Origin: Antedon mediterranea
Taxonomy: Eukaryota; Animalia; Echinodermata
Direction of reading: 5' to 3'
DNA length: 64,000 nucleotides
NCBI RefSeq assembly: GCF_964355755.1
Contig: NC_092671.1
Span: forward strand, 2,046,001-2,110,000
Part shown: positions 1 to 13,700 of the stretch, piece by piece
Numbering within the stretch: the first letter of the stretch is position 1
How the letters are laid out: every line of letters begins with the position of its first letter
Translations under genes and position numbers: made by a program
The notes under the pieces: model-generated
Seen by the model: only the letters and a program-made list of their open reading frames with translations
What the model was told of the DNA's origin: nothing
Database searches by the model: none

Positions 1-814
1 CTTACAACAGAATTAAGTGACAGAAGAAAGAACACTATCTTATCATATGACTGTATATTACATAGCCTATGTAAATACGCGAACGTGATTGGTTGAAACT
101 GCATCACATGACTACCGCTGCGAGGATCGTAAATCGTATATATCCTCGAGAACGATGATATTGACTGTGTAATTTTCGCGTAATTATCGTGTCCTCTGTC
201 ATTAAACATATAGATTCTCGAGTACGATGATATTGACTGTGTAATTTTCGTGTGCAACACTCGAGTTTGCCGATAAATAAACAAAAGTCATCTACTCGAT
301 CTTGAACTCGGGTGGAATTGTCACTCCATCGCAAGACAACGTCTCATCCGCTGGGCCACGGAATTTGCTTGAAGAAAGTAATCTTCTAAACTATTTAAGC
401 TATGCATACATAGCGCCCTCATTTGTTATAAGTCCACCCTAAATGTGATGAAACACCGTTTGTGATTGGTCAATACTCACGGTAGTAACCTAGTAACTAG
501 TACGCGCTGAACATCCGGTGATTCGGCTCCTCGAAGATCGAGAGAAGACGAATTGTTTATTCGGCCTACCTGATTATAATATTATTATTAATAGGCTTAT
601 TGATGGAAATTCTTCTGTTAATTTAAACGACCTAGGCCTAAGTGAATATTTTATTGCCAAGGAATCATTAATTAGTAATTATCTGTAGGCCTATATTATT
701 CTTCGCAAGGTAAGGTGTCTAGGCAGGCTTGTTTTAAATACAATACAACTACTCCTATAGGAGGCCTAGCCTAGCTTCACCCAACCCAGCAGACTTGTTC
801 TTGGCTATATAATA

Positions 815-1005
815 TAACAGATATTGCCTTTTATATCGGTTAAATATAAGATTTGACATCCCCTCGGGAATGATATTAAGTTCTCGGGGACTATATATTT
901 CCCTCAGCTGGCGCTTCGGGAAATATATATTCCCTCGAACTTAATATCATTCCCTCGGGGATGTCAAATCTTATATTTAACCTCTAAGCAGTCAATATCT
1001 GTATA
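815..1005. mobile_element. Hairpin-forming end of an unclassified interspersed repeat
   Basis: About 90-bp arms (ACAGATATTG..TTAAATATAAGATTTGACATCCCCTCGGGAATGATATTAAGTTC.. and their reverse complement) around a short loop near 905-917. The tail AAGCAGTCAATATCTGTATAATA recurs at about 36648-36670. Confidence 0.6.
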
Positions 1006-1655
1006 ATAGATAACACTTTAGTAGAATTATATAAGAAAGTACAGTAATAATCCTAGTTTTAAAAACTTATTGAAATGTTATATTTTTATAATATATTCAG
1101 AACATTAACAAGTCTTTAATAGTTCAACATGACTATAAAACTCCATTCTTCACTATCAAACTACTTTGACAAAAAAAGATGTGATATGTCCAAATATGGT
1201 AAATGCTCAAATATGGTACTGAGCACATCTTATTTTTTTGTTTGATAGTGTAGACTGAGCTTAATAATATTAGCACTGTTTTGACATCCAGATATTTTTT
1301 TTAATGAAAGAAAAACTATAGTAATTACGTTATGCCTAATGTCCAAACATGGATGGATGGATATGGGTGTGTTTTATTGTAGGCTTATAACAAGATAGGT
1401 CAGACAAACTGTTTAAGGTATTAAATAAAATTACATAATTTGACTATATAGACAGTGTGTGTACTCAAGCCTTTTCTGTACAGTTCTACTGTGATTATAT
1501 TTTTCTGTTAAATTCTACCAGTGATTTACCTTTTTGAAAATACAGTAGATAGAACATGGATCTATTGTCTATGGATATAACACCTCCTTTGGGACATCCC
1601 TAGAGACACTTTCCAGTGAAACAAATAAGGATATCTTTTAACAGTACTGCAAATA

Positions 1656-2850
1656 CCTATTTTGAGGACCCCCTATTTTGAGGGCCCCTATTTTGAGGTT
1701 CTCCTTTTTTGAGGTCCTCCTATTTTGAGGTCCTCCTATTTTGAGGACCTCCTATTTTGAGGACCCCCTATTTTGAGGGTCCCTATTTTGAGGTTCTCCT
1801 TTTTTGAGGTCCTCCTATTTTGAGGAACCCCTATTTTGAGGACCTCCTATTTTGAGGATCCCCTATTTTGAGGTCTTCCTATTTTGAGGTTCTCCTTTTT
1901 TGAGGTCCTCCTATTTTGAGGAACCCCTATTTTGAGGACCTCCTATTTTGAGGACCCCCTATTTTGAGGGCCCCTATTTTGAGGTTCTCCTTTTTTGAGG
2001 TCCTCCTATTTTGAGGAACCCCTATTTTGAGGACCTCCTATTTTGAGGATCCCCTACTTTGAGGTCTTCCTATTTTGAGGTCCTCCTTTTTTGAGGTCCT
2101 CCTATTTTGAGGAACCCCTATTTTGAGGACCCCCTATTTTGAGGGCCCCTATTTTGAGGTTCTCCTTTTTTGAGGTCCTCCTATTTTGAGGAACCCCTAT
2201 TTTGAGGACCTCCTATTTTGAGGATCCCCTACTTTGAGGTCTTCCTATTTTGAGGTCCTCCTTTTTTGAGGTCCTCCTATTTTGAGGACCCCCTATTTTG
2301 AGGGTCCCTATTTTGAGGTTCTCCTTTTTTGAGGTCCTCCTATTTTGAGGAACCCCTATTTTGAGGACCTCCTATTTTGAGGATCCCCTATTTTGAGGTC
2401 TTCCTATTTTGAGGTTCTCCTTTTTTGAGGTCCTCCTATTTTGAGGAACCCCTATTTTGAGGACCTCCTATTTTGAGGACCCCCTATTTTGAGGGCCCCT
2501 ATTTTGAGGTTCTCCTTTTTTGAGGTCCTCCTATTTTGAGGAACCCCTATTTTGAGGACCTCCTATTTTGAGGATCCCCTACTTTGAGGTCTTCCTATTT
2601 TGAGGTCCTCCTATTTTGAGGTAACTCCTATTTTGAGCACCTCCTATTTTGAGGATCCCCTATTTTGAGGTTCTCCTTTTTTGAGGTCCTCCTATTTTGA
2701 GGAACCCCTATTTTGAGGACCTCCTATTTTGAGGATCCCCTATTTTGAGGTCTTCCTATTTTGAGGAACCCCTATTTTGAGGACCTCGTATTTTGAGGAT
2801 CCCCTATTTTGAGGACCTCCTATTTTGAGGTCCTCCTATTTTGAGGACCC
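1656..2850. repeat. 16-17 bp minisatellite (CCTATTTTGAGGnnnn) with higher-order structure, inside a Tc1/mariner-type MITE
   Basis: About 70 units with variants ordered in recurring blocks. The right flank TAATAGAGTTTCTGCTGTA resembles short MITE copies at about 18345-18430 and 51467-51551. Confidence 0.9.
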
Positions 2851-4543
2851 TACAAGCTGATACTTGTTGGGTCCTGATGGGGTCTTCTTAATAGAGTTTC
2901 TGCTGTACAGTAGCCTATATTTTTTTTAATTCTAAAAAAATAATTTAAATTTTAATGATGTTTTAAACATTAACTAATTATTTCAATAATTATATAATTA
3001 ATCAAGTTTGGATAGGAAGTGCAATGAATTTGCAGAAATAACTTAGAGAGACATTTGTTTACACAAATAAAAAGACAAGTAATATACTGAAAACAATCGT
3101 TTCTGTACACTAAGACTCTTACTTACTGTTTAAACAGTAACCATTAGTTTCATATGAATAACTAATTTGATTTGAATAATTAAGTAAGTTGGTTAATATA
3201 ATCCAATTTTCGAGGTTATTACTGTACACGGCAGTTCTAGTTACAGTTAACGCGGCTGTAAATGCAATCTATCATAGTGTCAACGTCATTTTACACATAG
3301 TAGGCCTATAGAAGTAGTTTTTCATTTCATTATTTATTCGGTCTATTTCAGTATGTACATAACAAACAAAAAATGAAATTGGGGAGACCAGGGTCAATCT
3401 AAGTAAACTTAATTACTGTAGCTGAGCCGGTTGACCTACCCCCAAAGTCAGTTTACACATAAAAGACACAAAAAAACAGTAAAACGCGATTCAAAATGAA
3501 TGTGAACTTTTCTAATGAAGGCTGATGGGCTTTCTAGGACTGCAGCATCTGTCAATGGTCTGGGAAGCTGGTCCCAGACACATAATAGTAGAAGCAGTAG
3601 TAGTATATGGCAGACGTGACATCCTATAAAAAATCTCTTAAAAAATCCTGACTACATACTGCACTATACAGGTTAGGGTTCCACTTTGTGTAGCCTAATG
3701 TTTACATTAACTTAACATACACTAATGTAATCATTCACTTTATTTAGCGAGGGTTTTGTACAAACAAGAACTGAAATATGATTAAACATACATCATGCCT
3801 ATATCCTTATTGCCTACAATCAGCTGTACATGCTAGATCAATAATCTGTAGCCTTTTGAGCTGCAGGTCACATACAGTTGGATTGATTTACTGTAAAAAT
3901 ACCTTGGCTTACTTTAGCTGTAAATTAGAAGTAATTAAATAACTTTAAAGGTCATGGGGTATTTTTGTATTTGAACAGTGAACTTAATTTAGTTTAAAAG
4001 ATCTGAATGTCATTTGATCATCTAGAGCCTATTTCTGATGCATATTGTCGAATAAACAATTTATTTAAAAGTAGATTTTAAATGTTTTATATTGCCTACC
4101 CCAAGTCATTTCACATTACTCAAGTACTACAGTAATAACATCCTCAATCTACATAGCGAAAATAGTGACTTTTTCAAGGGATAGTACAGCCGAACAACAT
4201 TAAATTGACCAAATAATGTGTGTATACTGGGATATATGCACGCGAAGACTGTATAACATTGACTATTTCGTGACTAGCTTACTTGGAAACCGACATTGCC
4301 TAAAAGAGAGCAAAACTTTGATTATATATACAAATCTGTTAAACATCCCTATCAGATAATGGTACATACATACAATTATTATTATAAAGTGGGAGCACAC
4401 ACAGAATCATAATCATTTATTTTCGGGACCGTCACCTTTATTAAGTGTCTCAAAATGAAAGGTTGCCAATAAGCACAGATCTGAAACCTTAAAGTTCGGA
4501 ACGTGAATAGCACAGCTGTACCGAAGTAAAAATAAAGACCTAC

Positions 4544-4731
4544 CTCAACACCTGAACCATTCCATGTCGACTCGCATAGTGCATCAACGTATTGTGTTCA
4601 TATTTATCACCGTATGTCGAGTTCGGATCAAGTGACTTGCGTATCTCCGGCGTGTTGTTGTACAAATATAACGCTTGTTTCTCGTCTCCTTGGTAAATCG
4701 CTTTCTGAAACTTGGATGACACGCTTCCCAT
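4544..4731 (-). CDS. ANKIB1: ANKIB1-like RBR E3 ubiquitin ligase (ankyrin repeat and IBR domain protein 1), first coding exon; gene continues leftwards
   Basis: MGSVSSKFQKAIYQGDEKQALYLYNNTPEIRKSLDPNSTYGDKYEHNTLMHYASRHGM closely follows the vertebrate ANKIB1 N-terminus as I recall it ([45 protein letters not shown]). Donor AG|GTAGG at 4543; upstream acceptor TTTTACAG at 4950 implies a non-coding leader exon. MGxxxS fits N-myristoylation. No further coding exon was identified in 1-4543. Confidence 0.9.
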
Positions 4732-5149
4732 TCTCGCTTTTTAGAAGACAAGTTGACAAATAAACAATATAAAATTGCACCTAACCTTAGAGAATACAGT
4801 TGTGTAGTACTGTACTGGAGGGAATTAATTACAATGTATTGCACAAATCATAAACATCCTTGAAAATCTATAACAGCAAACAAAGAAACATCAACTTGCG
4901 ATTTAATTAGTTTCATTTCCAGTTGCATTGTTTCAATGCTGGACAGGATCTGTAAAATAACAAAAACATAGATATTATCAAGAATGTATGGGGAATATTG
5001 ATAAGGATGATAAATATGAAAACAGATGTTAACTGATTATTATATAAGGAAAACAAAGAAGAGTTATTTTTGGTTTTTTTTGTGTCTTTTGTTTTGGCAG
5101 GTTTAGATTAGCATTTAACCTTTTTAACATTATTAAATAATGGAGAAGT

Positions 5150-5640
5150 TGATGATGATGATATGAACATGATGATGATGATATGAACATGATGATGATG
5201 ATATGAACATGATGATGATGATGATGATAACATGAACATGATGATGATGACATGAACATGATGATGATGATGATGATGATATGAACATGATGATGATGAC
5301 ATGAAAATTATGATGATGACATGAACATGATGTTGACATGAACATGATGATGATGATGATATGAACATGATGATGATGACATGAAAATGATGATAATGAT
5401 GACATGAACATGATGATGTGAATATGATGATGATGATGATGATAATATGAACCTGATAACATGAACATGATGATGATGACATGAACATGATGATGATGAT
5501 ATGAACATGATGATGATGACATGAAAATGATGATGATGATGATGACATGAACATGATGATGTGAACATGATGATGATGATAATAATAATGATAACAATGA
5601 ACAAGATGATTATAACAATAGTTGTGATGATGATTGTGGT
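5150..5640. repeat. Compound (GAT)n / GACATGAACAT microsatellite
   Basis: Directly visible; explains the His/Ile/Ser-rich spurious ORFs. Confidence 0.95.
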
Positions 5641-5651
5641 GGTAGTAATAA

Positions 5652-6002
5652 TGCACTTGTCAATTGTATGACCCATTATACCCCTGGGAGAGGTACTCAT
5701 TTGTCAATTGTATGACCCATTATACCTCTGGGAGAGGTGCGTCATTTGTCTGATGTCCATCATACCTTATGAATACCATTATTATGTCAAAAAATGAACT
5801 TACCTTTAGGTAACCATGACGCACTCATTGTGACAATGTTGTTTATGATATGGTGGGTGGTAAAGTGATGGCCATTGACACACTATTGTTCATTAATGCA
5901 ATGTACTATTTAGGTTCCTCCGTCAATAATTATTTGTAAATGACGCATCCATGACGCACCTCTCCCGGGCTCGTATAGTGGATCATACAATTGACAAGTG
6001 CA
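5652..6002. mobile_element. PIF/Harbinger-type MITE, family H1, copy 1
   Basis: TIRs TGCACTTGTCAATTGTATGACCCA / TGGATCATACAATTGACAAGTGCA flanked by a TAA..TAA target duplication; near-identical copy at 63322-63665. Confidence 0.85.
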
Positions 6003-8462
6003 TAAACATGATGATGACGTCACTAATGATGCTGATTTTACTTATAAAAATGATGTAATTTAATTTTCGATAATCACAAAGATGGTAAGGTAATAGGCCT
6101 ATGATAATGATTGTAATTTGTGGAAAGATGATGATGTCATATATGCTCATTAAAAAGTGTACAAAATTAAATTAATCTTCAAATAAATACAGTTAAAATA
6201 GATTCTTTATTGGAGTACTTTTTGATGTCGTCATCAAAGCCAAGTAGACAGCCGAGTACTTGTTATGGATTTTAAACATTTTCAACAGGATTAAGCACTT
6301 AAAAATAATAGTTAAGAAAGAAAAATAAAGAAAAAGGAAAATAAATTAAAAATCCAATTTAGGCTATTTCAATCATTCCGTGTGACATGTGTTTGTGGTT
6401 TCTTTGTTCTAAATTTTAAAAAGTGACACTTGTACTACACTTGTATTGTGACAAATGCTATACTGTACAATGACAAATGCTACACATTATAAAGACAAAA
6501 TGTGTTACGGTAGTTACACATAAATGACAAATGGAACATATAAAAAGAGATGATAGTAACTGTCTACAACCTGGTAGCCTTGTTGAAAGGTATTTTAAAG
6601 TTTAATTTAATTATTAATTGTATGTAACAAAGGACTTACAGATTTGAACATTACGACAGAAAATTAAAGGTGATTTCCTGTTTCAGTTTTGCCCTTTCCT
6701 TTTACTCCACAATGGTGGTCGAAAATTAAGATTAAGATTTAAAGCCTTGTTTACACTATGTAACAAAAAAATATGATGTGCCCATATATGGACATGATGA
6801 TGTCATATATCATTCAAGACATTTTATTGGTCCACTTTAAAATGGAAACTTGTTTTGCTTGGCATAATTAAGACAATCAAGCAACAAAGAAAAATACATA
6901 TTTGGAAAAATCAGCACGATATTTGGGCACATCACACTTTTTTGTAAAACTAGTTTGATAGTGTGGACAGAGCTTTAGACTATCTACTGTCTGTCAAGCA
7001 GTAACGTACGGTACATCAGAAGATTGAAACTAAGTTTTTATTTTATGAGTACTTTTACGACCGGCAGAATTCATTTCATAAAAAGCATTAATCTTTTAGT
7101 TTGTTTACACAGAATATTGGTTTGCTTCGTCGTGAGTGTGTGGACTCTACGGAGACTTTTTCCTGGAAATTAAGCAATCTCAAGAACTCTAATCTATAAA
7201 CAGTCACCTATTTCAAGTAGTTAACCGGCGTTTTAATTAAACGACGAAACTGCTCGTTCAAATACTTGGAATAAATGTATAACTTTAGTTATTGTCACCC
7301 AATAGGCCACCAATCCATGTAAAAGAGCTATTTCATTATTACCTGAACAAAGCATCTGTTCAATGGCATGTTTTTGTTAATTAAAAAAAAATTCTTTTTA
7401 TAACAGTACAATTCCAATTCCAATCCAAACGGCAAATAAACCTCAAATTCTGTCTTTTAGCTAAATTTAAATATACGCTGCTGTGTGATAAAATGATGGC
7501 AAAGGAATTAGTTCAAAAACTCAATGCAGATTGAATTATTTTGAGCTGGTTGTTCAACAACAAACGAATGCTTACTGATGCGTGTCATCTCAACAGCCTG
7601 CCTTGCAAACAATTTAGTTTTTGAAACGGTGAATTTCATTCATGTCGGGGAAAAAATAACATTTTGAAATTTAGCTAATAATAGATTAACCCGGTAGATC
7701 AGAACACAATGCTAAATGTGTGTACTTAGACAATTTGTGGTTTTACATTCTAATATATTTTATGTGCAGTCAGTAGTCAATGGTTACGATTCATATCATT
7801 GTACAGTGAGCTGTAATAAACAATAATGCTTTAGAACAACTCCTGTATTAATGCATGTTACACAACAAACATCATTTCATACTGTTCTCTATATTATTAT
7901 GGGCTATAAAGAATAGTAGTAAGGAGTACAATTATTTTATGGGTAAAACTAAAATTATAATCACATTAAAATTGTTTCTAATCGGTAACAATGAAATTGA
8001 AAATTAATATTCTGTATTAAGAAAACAATCAAATTAAATATCTCTTTAAAATGTCTCAAATTTATACATTTTATTAAATTGATAATAATTGTGGAACGTA
8101 GTGTGTGCTTGACAGTTTAGTCCATTACGGTAGAGTGTATAGAACATTTTAACTTTTCATATCAAAGTCCTCCCTCTGGAGAGCACAGGGTATTGTTGGT
8201 TTATCCAGTTAACTTGGGCACGAAACAGACTAAAAATATATATATAAAATAATTTAGCTATAGACTAGTCAAGAATTGATGCGACTAAACTTTTATCAAC
8301 AATGAAACGTATGGATGAGTTTATATTCTGGTATTTGGCAAACCAGCTCATATTCTACAATCATGTACAGTACTTTCAATCACAAATTAATTGTATAAAA
8401 AAAATGGATACTGCAGGGGAATTCCCCAGTGGGGTCCCATATTGCAAATAGGTTCCAGAATT

Positions 8463-8650
8463 GGCTCTGTCTACACTATCAAACTAGTTTGACAATAATT
8501 AAAAGTGTAATGTGTCCAAATATGGTAGTGCTATGCCAAAATATGGTAGTGGTATGCCCAAATATTGTAGTGATATGACATCATCATGTCCATATATGGG
8601 TACATGATCATATTTTTCTGTCACATAAAGTTTGATAGTGTAGACAAGGC
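8463..8650. mobile_element. Short high-copy Harbinger-like MITE, family H2 (about 7 copies in the window)
   Basis: TIR GCTCTGTCTACACTATCAAACT..AGTTTGATAGTGTAGACA with internal CCAAATATGGTAGTGATATG repeats. Related copies at about 1150-1260, 6745-6975, 25038-25170, 51075-51272, 54175-54275 and 54997-55130. Confidence 0.8.
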
Positions 8651-10736
8651 CTTAGCAAGTTTGGCAGATATTGTATACAGCATAGCCATGTGGTAAATTG
8701 GTAGGATACAAAACTGTTGATATAATATTATGAAAGACAATAGGATTTGAATACATTATCCCATTGTTTAGTTGGCCCATTTTGCTGGTTGTTGGTACAA
8801 TACTATAGTTAAATTTGTTTAAACAAACAATGTCTGCAATGGCTATCAATATTGTGTTGACAAGTTCAGACTATCGAAACAGCTGATACCATGCCATTTA
8901 AAAAAATGTTCAGGCTGGTTCTCTGACGCCGTGGTTACTTTCTATTGGTTTGAATTGTGCTCAGTAATGAATGGATTTGAAAAGCCTGAACCTTGACTTC
9001 TTGATCAAAACAATAACTCAAAAGAGTCAAAAGGTATTTTATTGGACAGATATGAACTAGGAATCTTAAGGCCAAATTATTTTTAAACAAGAAATATTTC
9101 TTAAATATTTTATACCGTCTACGTATCCCACTAAATGAGTGGCGCGAAATGGTGATGAGTAAAGACGACCAGGCCCTGCCTAGGCAGTGGCTCAAATTGC
9201 CGGCGGCAACTAAATCAGTCTTGTCAAATTAGTAAAAAGTATGAATGGCCTATAATTATAATATAATAATTTTCCAATCCTAATAAAATAAAATGACATC
9301 CACATGCCCTATCAGCATAAACAACCTTGTCTAAGTGAAGGATGGTATATAATTGTGATGTCACAGCTAGCTGTACACAACAAAAGGATTGGGTACTGGA
9401 GGTGACATACCAAAACTGAGATTGAGAACAAAAAAAATATATTGTTATGCTTAAAATACAGTCGTCGTAGTTGGAAGGATGAATACGTTAATGTAGTTAA
9501 AGTATGGACAGCATTAAATAAACAACTAACAGGCAGGATTTAATCAAATATTGGTAATTTGTATAGCATGATAATATACTCAATTAGGCCCCGTCAAATA
9601 GACTGTCTTTGTGCACTTCCAACCAGAGCCAGGTGGCCTAGAAAAGTTCAATTTGTCCCTACCTAGCTACACAACAAAAATATTTTGTATAAATGATATA
9701 AAAAACAAGGATCTCAAACAAAAAGTTGAAGAAACTACATTAGACTGTTAATGTGTAAAATACGGTACATTACATGTTATAAAAATGTGTAAAACAATCT
9801 AAAAACCTACCGTAATTTAACACGCAATTAGCCTGAACTGCTGGTGTTTTGGAACCAAAAATACTCTTTGTTATTGTAATTTATGTCTGCTGCCCTCTAT
9901 CCGCCAATGGATTTTAAATGTCACTGGAATTTCTAAATTCTTTGTTTTCAATGTTTTCTGATAAATTAACTCACACAACAAAAGAAACCGTTTAATTAAT
10001 TATCTGAAGTGTGTTTGTTTGCTATTGTAAAAATTCTCTCCATGCCAAATTCAAACAAATCTACAAAATAACCAGATAGACAGTGTGTATTAAAGGATGT
10101 ATTGTTTTTTCCAAAATGGAAAATTGAATCAATATCACTATTTTTTGCTTTAAATATTTTTAATATACTATTATGTGGCAATAAAATGGCAAAATTCAGA
10201 AAAAACATTAATACAAATTTTCTTCTAGGGGTGAAAACAATCCATTCTAATAAATGTGGGTGTTTTTTAAACTTGATCTATTTATTGTTTTTTTCGATAA
10301 TTCTGTTGCCATCTGCTGCTTTTCAAATTGTTATTGTTCATGGTTTATGCATGGAGGTATCCTCCATGGTTTATGAGTGCTGCGTCACTGATGTAAAAGT
10401 ATAGTTTTAATCAATTATTAGATCAAACAAAAAACTCCAAATAAATATGGCATTCAGTATTTCAAACTTTATTTTTTCATCTTCAGGAAAGATCTTTATT
10501 TGTTGAAATGAAGAAATAAAGTTCCAACAATTACAAGGTACTGTAATTATCAAAACGTATGTGTCAAAACTTTGCGTGTTTCCCACGTTTTTTTTAAATC
10601 GATCGCCTGATGAAACAAAAAACCTACGTACTACCCTCTATAGTTTGAAATTATTTTCTACTGGACCCAAAACTGTGGCTATTTATCAGTAGTCACAGTT
10701 TATAACTGCAGTGTTATTAAGTACCGGGAAAGTAAC

Positions 10737-13700
10737 ATGGCATCGGAGGCCAGTGCAGCATATGGCAGTGTGAGTTCAAGTGAGAAAAGTAAGTATCAAC
10801 TAACTATTTATTTACGATTTTGTCAGAATTAAGTATTTGTACGTATGTAGTGTATTTTGACACGACTCTGTCAGTAATGGGCGTATTTAACAGCCATCAT
10901 GGATCGGTTTGTAAAACAGGTCTGTGATTTGATGTTTACCTAGTAAAGTATTGTGTTTACTATATTGTCCGTGTACACTGACCCGTTTCTGGTTGTACAG
11001 TTTGAATAGGTTCAACCTGTTTGCGTTAAAATCTCCCCTTATTAGTTTATATACGTGGATATTTTTTAGATTTTCTAGCTCCCTATGCCGTGTTTTAAAA
11101 GGTATAAATATAAATAGATCATTTTGTAGTTCTGTTTTGATTAATGTTATTTTTAAAGTCAAATGTCAAGTCTGTCAAGTAGAATAGAATTAGGAAGTAG
11201 GTGTGTACAGGCTGTTAAAAATCGTTTACCGTGAGAAGTGTTTTACTCGCGTGTATTTTCGAGTGCAATTCGAGCGTTAGAAATATTTTGATGTTTAAAA
11301 GTATGTGAATTTTTATTTGATTGTCTTCATTAATTTAAAGAACACACGGGGTGATAAACGATTTTTTAAACAGAATTGTACAGTATCAGAAATAAAGGGC
11401 AAGGGGTTGCTTTGTCAGTGTTTTTGATAGTGGTATCCTTAAGGCCAATTTACACACAGATGAGTGGTAACAGTGAACTGTAACGGTAATCGGAACACTG
11501 CATAGCTTGTCCCACATAGAATCTGTACTTTTCCTGAGTGGAAAACTCCTGTCCGCTCTATGCTGTGTGTAAATGGTCATAAGAAATAACATAAATATAG
11601 ATTATATATTTTCATTACCATTACCACTTGTCTGTTTAAATCGGCCTTTATTTGATTTATCATTTAAAAATCATTTTTTTAATTTTTATTTTATGTTTTC
11701 AGTTTAGCTTTGACCCTGACCCCTTCGTCGTTACCATGCGCCTTATTTTTGTTTGAAGAGTCTGATTATTTTCACCATGGCACAGCTTTTCGTCGATGCT
11801 GAAACGCTTGACCCCTTCGATGGTAACATATCAGGTCAGGTTGTTGACCTATGCATCCTGCATGAAACATGCATGATGGGATTGTTTCGTTAGCATGGAT
11901 TTAAGCGCATGTATTGATTAAGTTAACACAAAAATGCTAAAATATGAATTGTCATTTACATTTATTTTTCATTTGTTGTAATTATAATATATTATATTGA
12001 TTATTGATTTTCGTTAGCTCGGTTTAACTTAGGGACTACCTAGAATAAAAGAATTTGTGATGCTTAATCCGGAGGCATGGCTTCAAACAGAGCGCTTAAT
12101 TTATTCCCATTTTTATAGCCACTACTTTTTAGAATCGGAAAAGAGCAATTTTCAAAGATTCCTATAACAAGAAATGATGACTGCTCTTTGTTAATTAATT
12201 TTGTAGAAAGAAAATAATAACTAGATTTAATTCGTCACTATGACGAATTATAGGTTATATGCATTGATTTAAATAAAGATAATTGATTTTTAAAAGATAT
12301 ATGGATTGATTGATTTTCTCAGAATCTTTAATTATTTATAATATATGATAGGACCTTGCTAACGCGAACACCATAGCCGGTATCACAATCCGATCAAAGA
12401 TCCATATGCGTATAATGTCATAAACCACATTTGTTGTTACATAAAAATAAAGACATAAGTTAATTTTTATCTAGATTTCATTATAAATCATGTGTATAAT
12501 CTATACACTAAGAAATAAATTTGAACAAACAATACGGATAATAAAAAAAAATCTTATTTCGTTTCCCAAGGTGAGACTCGATCTCGGCACCTTGAATGCC
12601 ATAGACACGAGCACAGACCATCGAGCCATACACAACTCACTAAAAGTTGTAGAAAAATTCCTCCGTGTATTTACTATGCAGTAACCACTTTGATGCAAAT
12701 AGATTATTACATACCGAAATGAATTATAATTTTTTACTATGATGACATCTTTAAAATGTATACAAATGATGCACTGTCAAACTACATACTTTTAACTTTA
12801 ATATATGAATTTTTGAAGGAAGAAAGTTAATGTTAAGTTTGTTATTTTGGCCTAAGAAAATGTCATAATTTGTTTGATTGTCGAAATTATTTTTTTTAAA
12901 TTTAATATGCAATTAATGATGACTTAATCAACTTTTGTTCTCTTTATTTGATAATAAATCATACATATGATACATACACTTCAAGAAAATGAAATAAAAA
13001 ATAGGTGTTCCCCTGCATTCTGACGATATATATTAATTTTAAAATTTAGCATATTTTCACCATTTTGTTAACTTATACGTGCGTAGCCAGTCACTTTTGA
13101 CGTGCTCGTATAACGCAATTTCGAGTTGAAACCTTAATCAAATATGATGATATTATTAAAGAAAGATTGTAAAACAGAAATCGGGCAAAAAGAGTGCGCA
13201 TTAACGTTTAACGCGCAGTGCGCGTGCAAAAATCTGCGCACTCATGGCAATTTTTTAAACGCTTAAAATTGCCTGAAACGTACTCTAATTTCATCGAAAA
13301 TAAATTTTGACAATTTTGAACATTTTAAGCGCGCGTACGCAAGCGTTATATGCGCTACGCACGTAATTTTATTGCCATATGATGAAATATGACCTGAAAT
13401 TTATGAGTACCAAATTTTGTTTAATTGTGATTCATGCTTGTGAAGATATGATTACAAACGTGATTTCGTAAAATCGCGCGTAGACCGCGTAATTTTTGAT
13501 TACGCATCGTGAAAATATAACCACATCGATTCCTGGCCATGAGGAATATACTCTGAAAACTTGACTTAGCTAGATTAAACTGATGCCAAGATAATGCACG
13601 GACAAAATAGTGCTAAGGAAAGAATAAATAAATAAATAAATAAATAAAGATTTTGACAGAATCAAGAGGTTATATGCATATCATGCATATAACCTAATTA

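Noticed and set aside
5029-5700. His/Ser/Ile-rich ORFs up to 182 aa
   Set aside because: They are translations of a (GAT)n compound microsatellite, open in several frames.
9141-9149. Perfect E2F site GGCGCGAAA between ANKIB1 and SLC15
   Set aside because: Isolated motif; the ANKIB1 TSS cannot be located from sequence alone.
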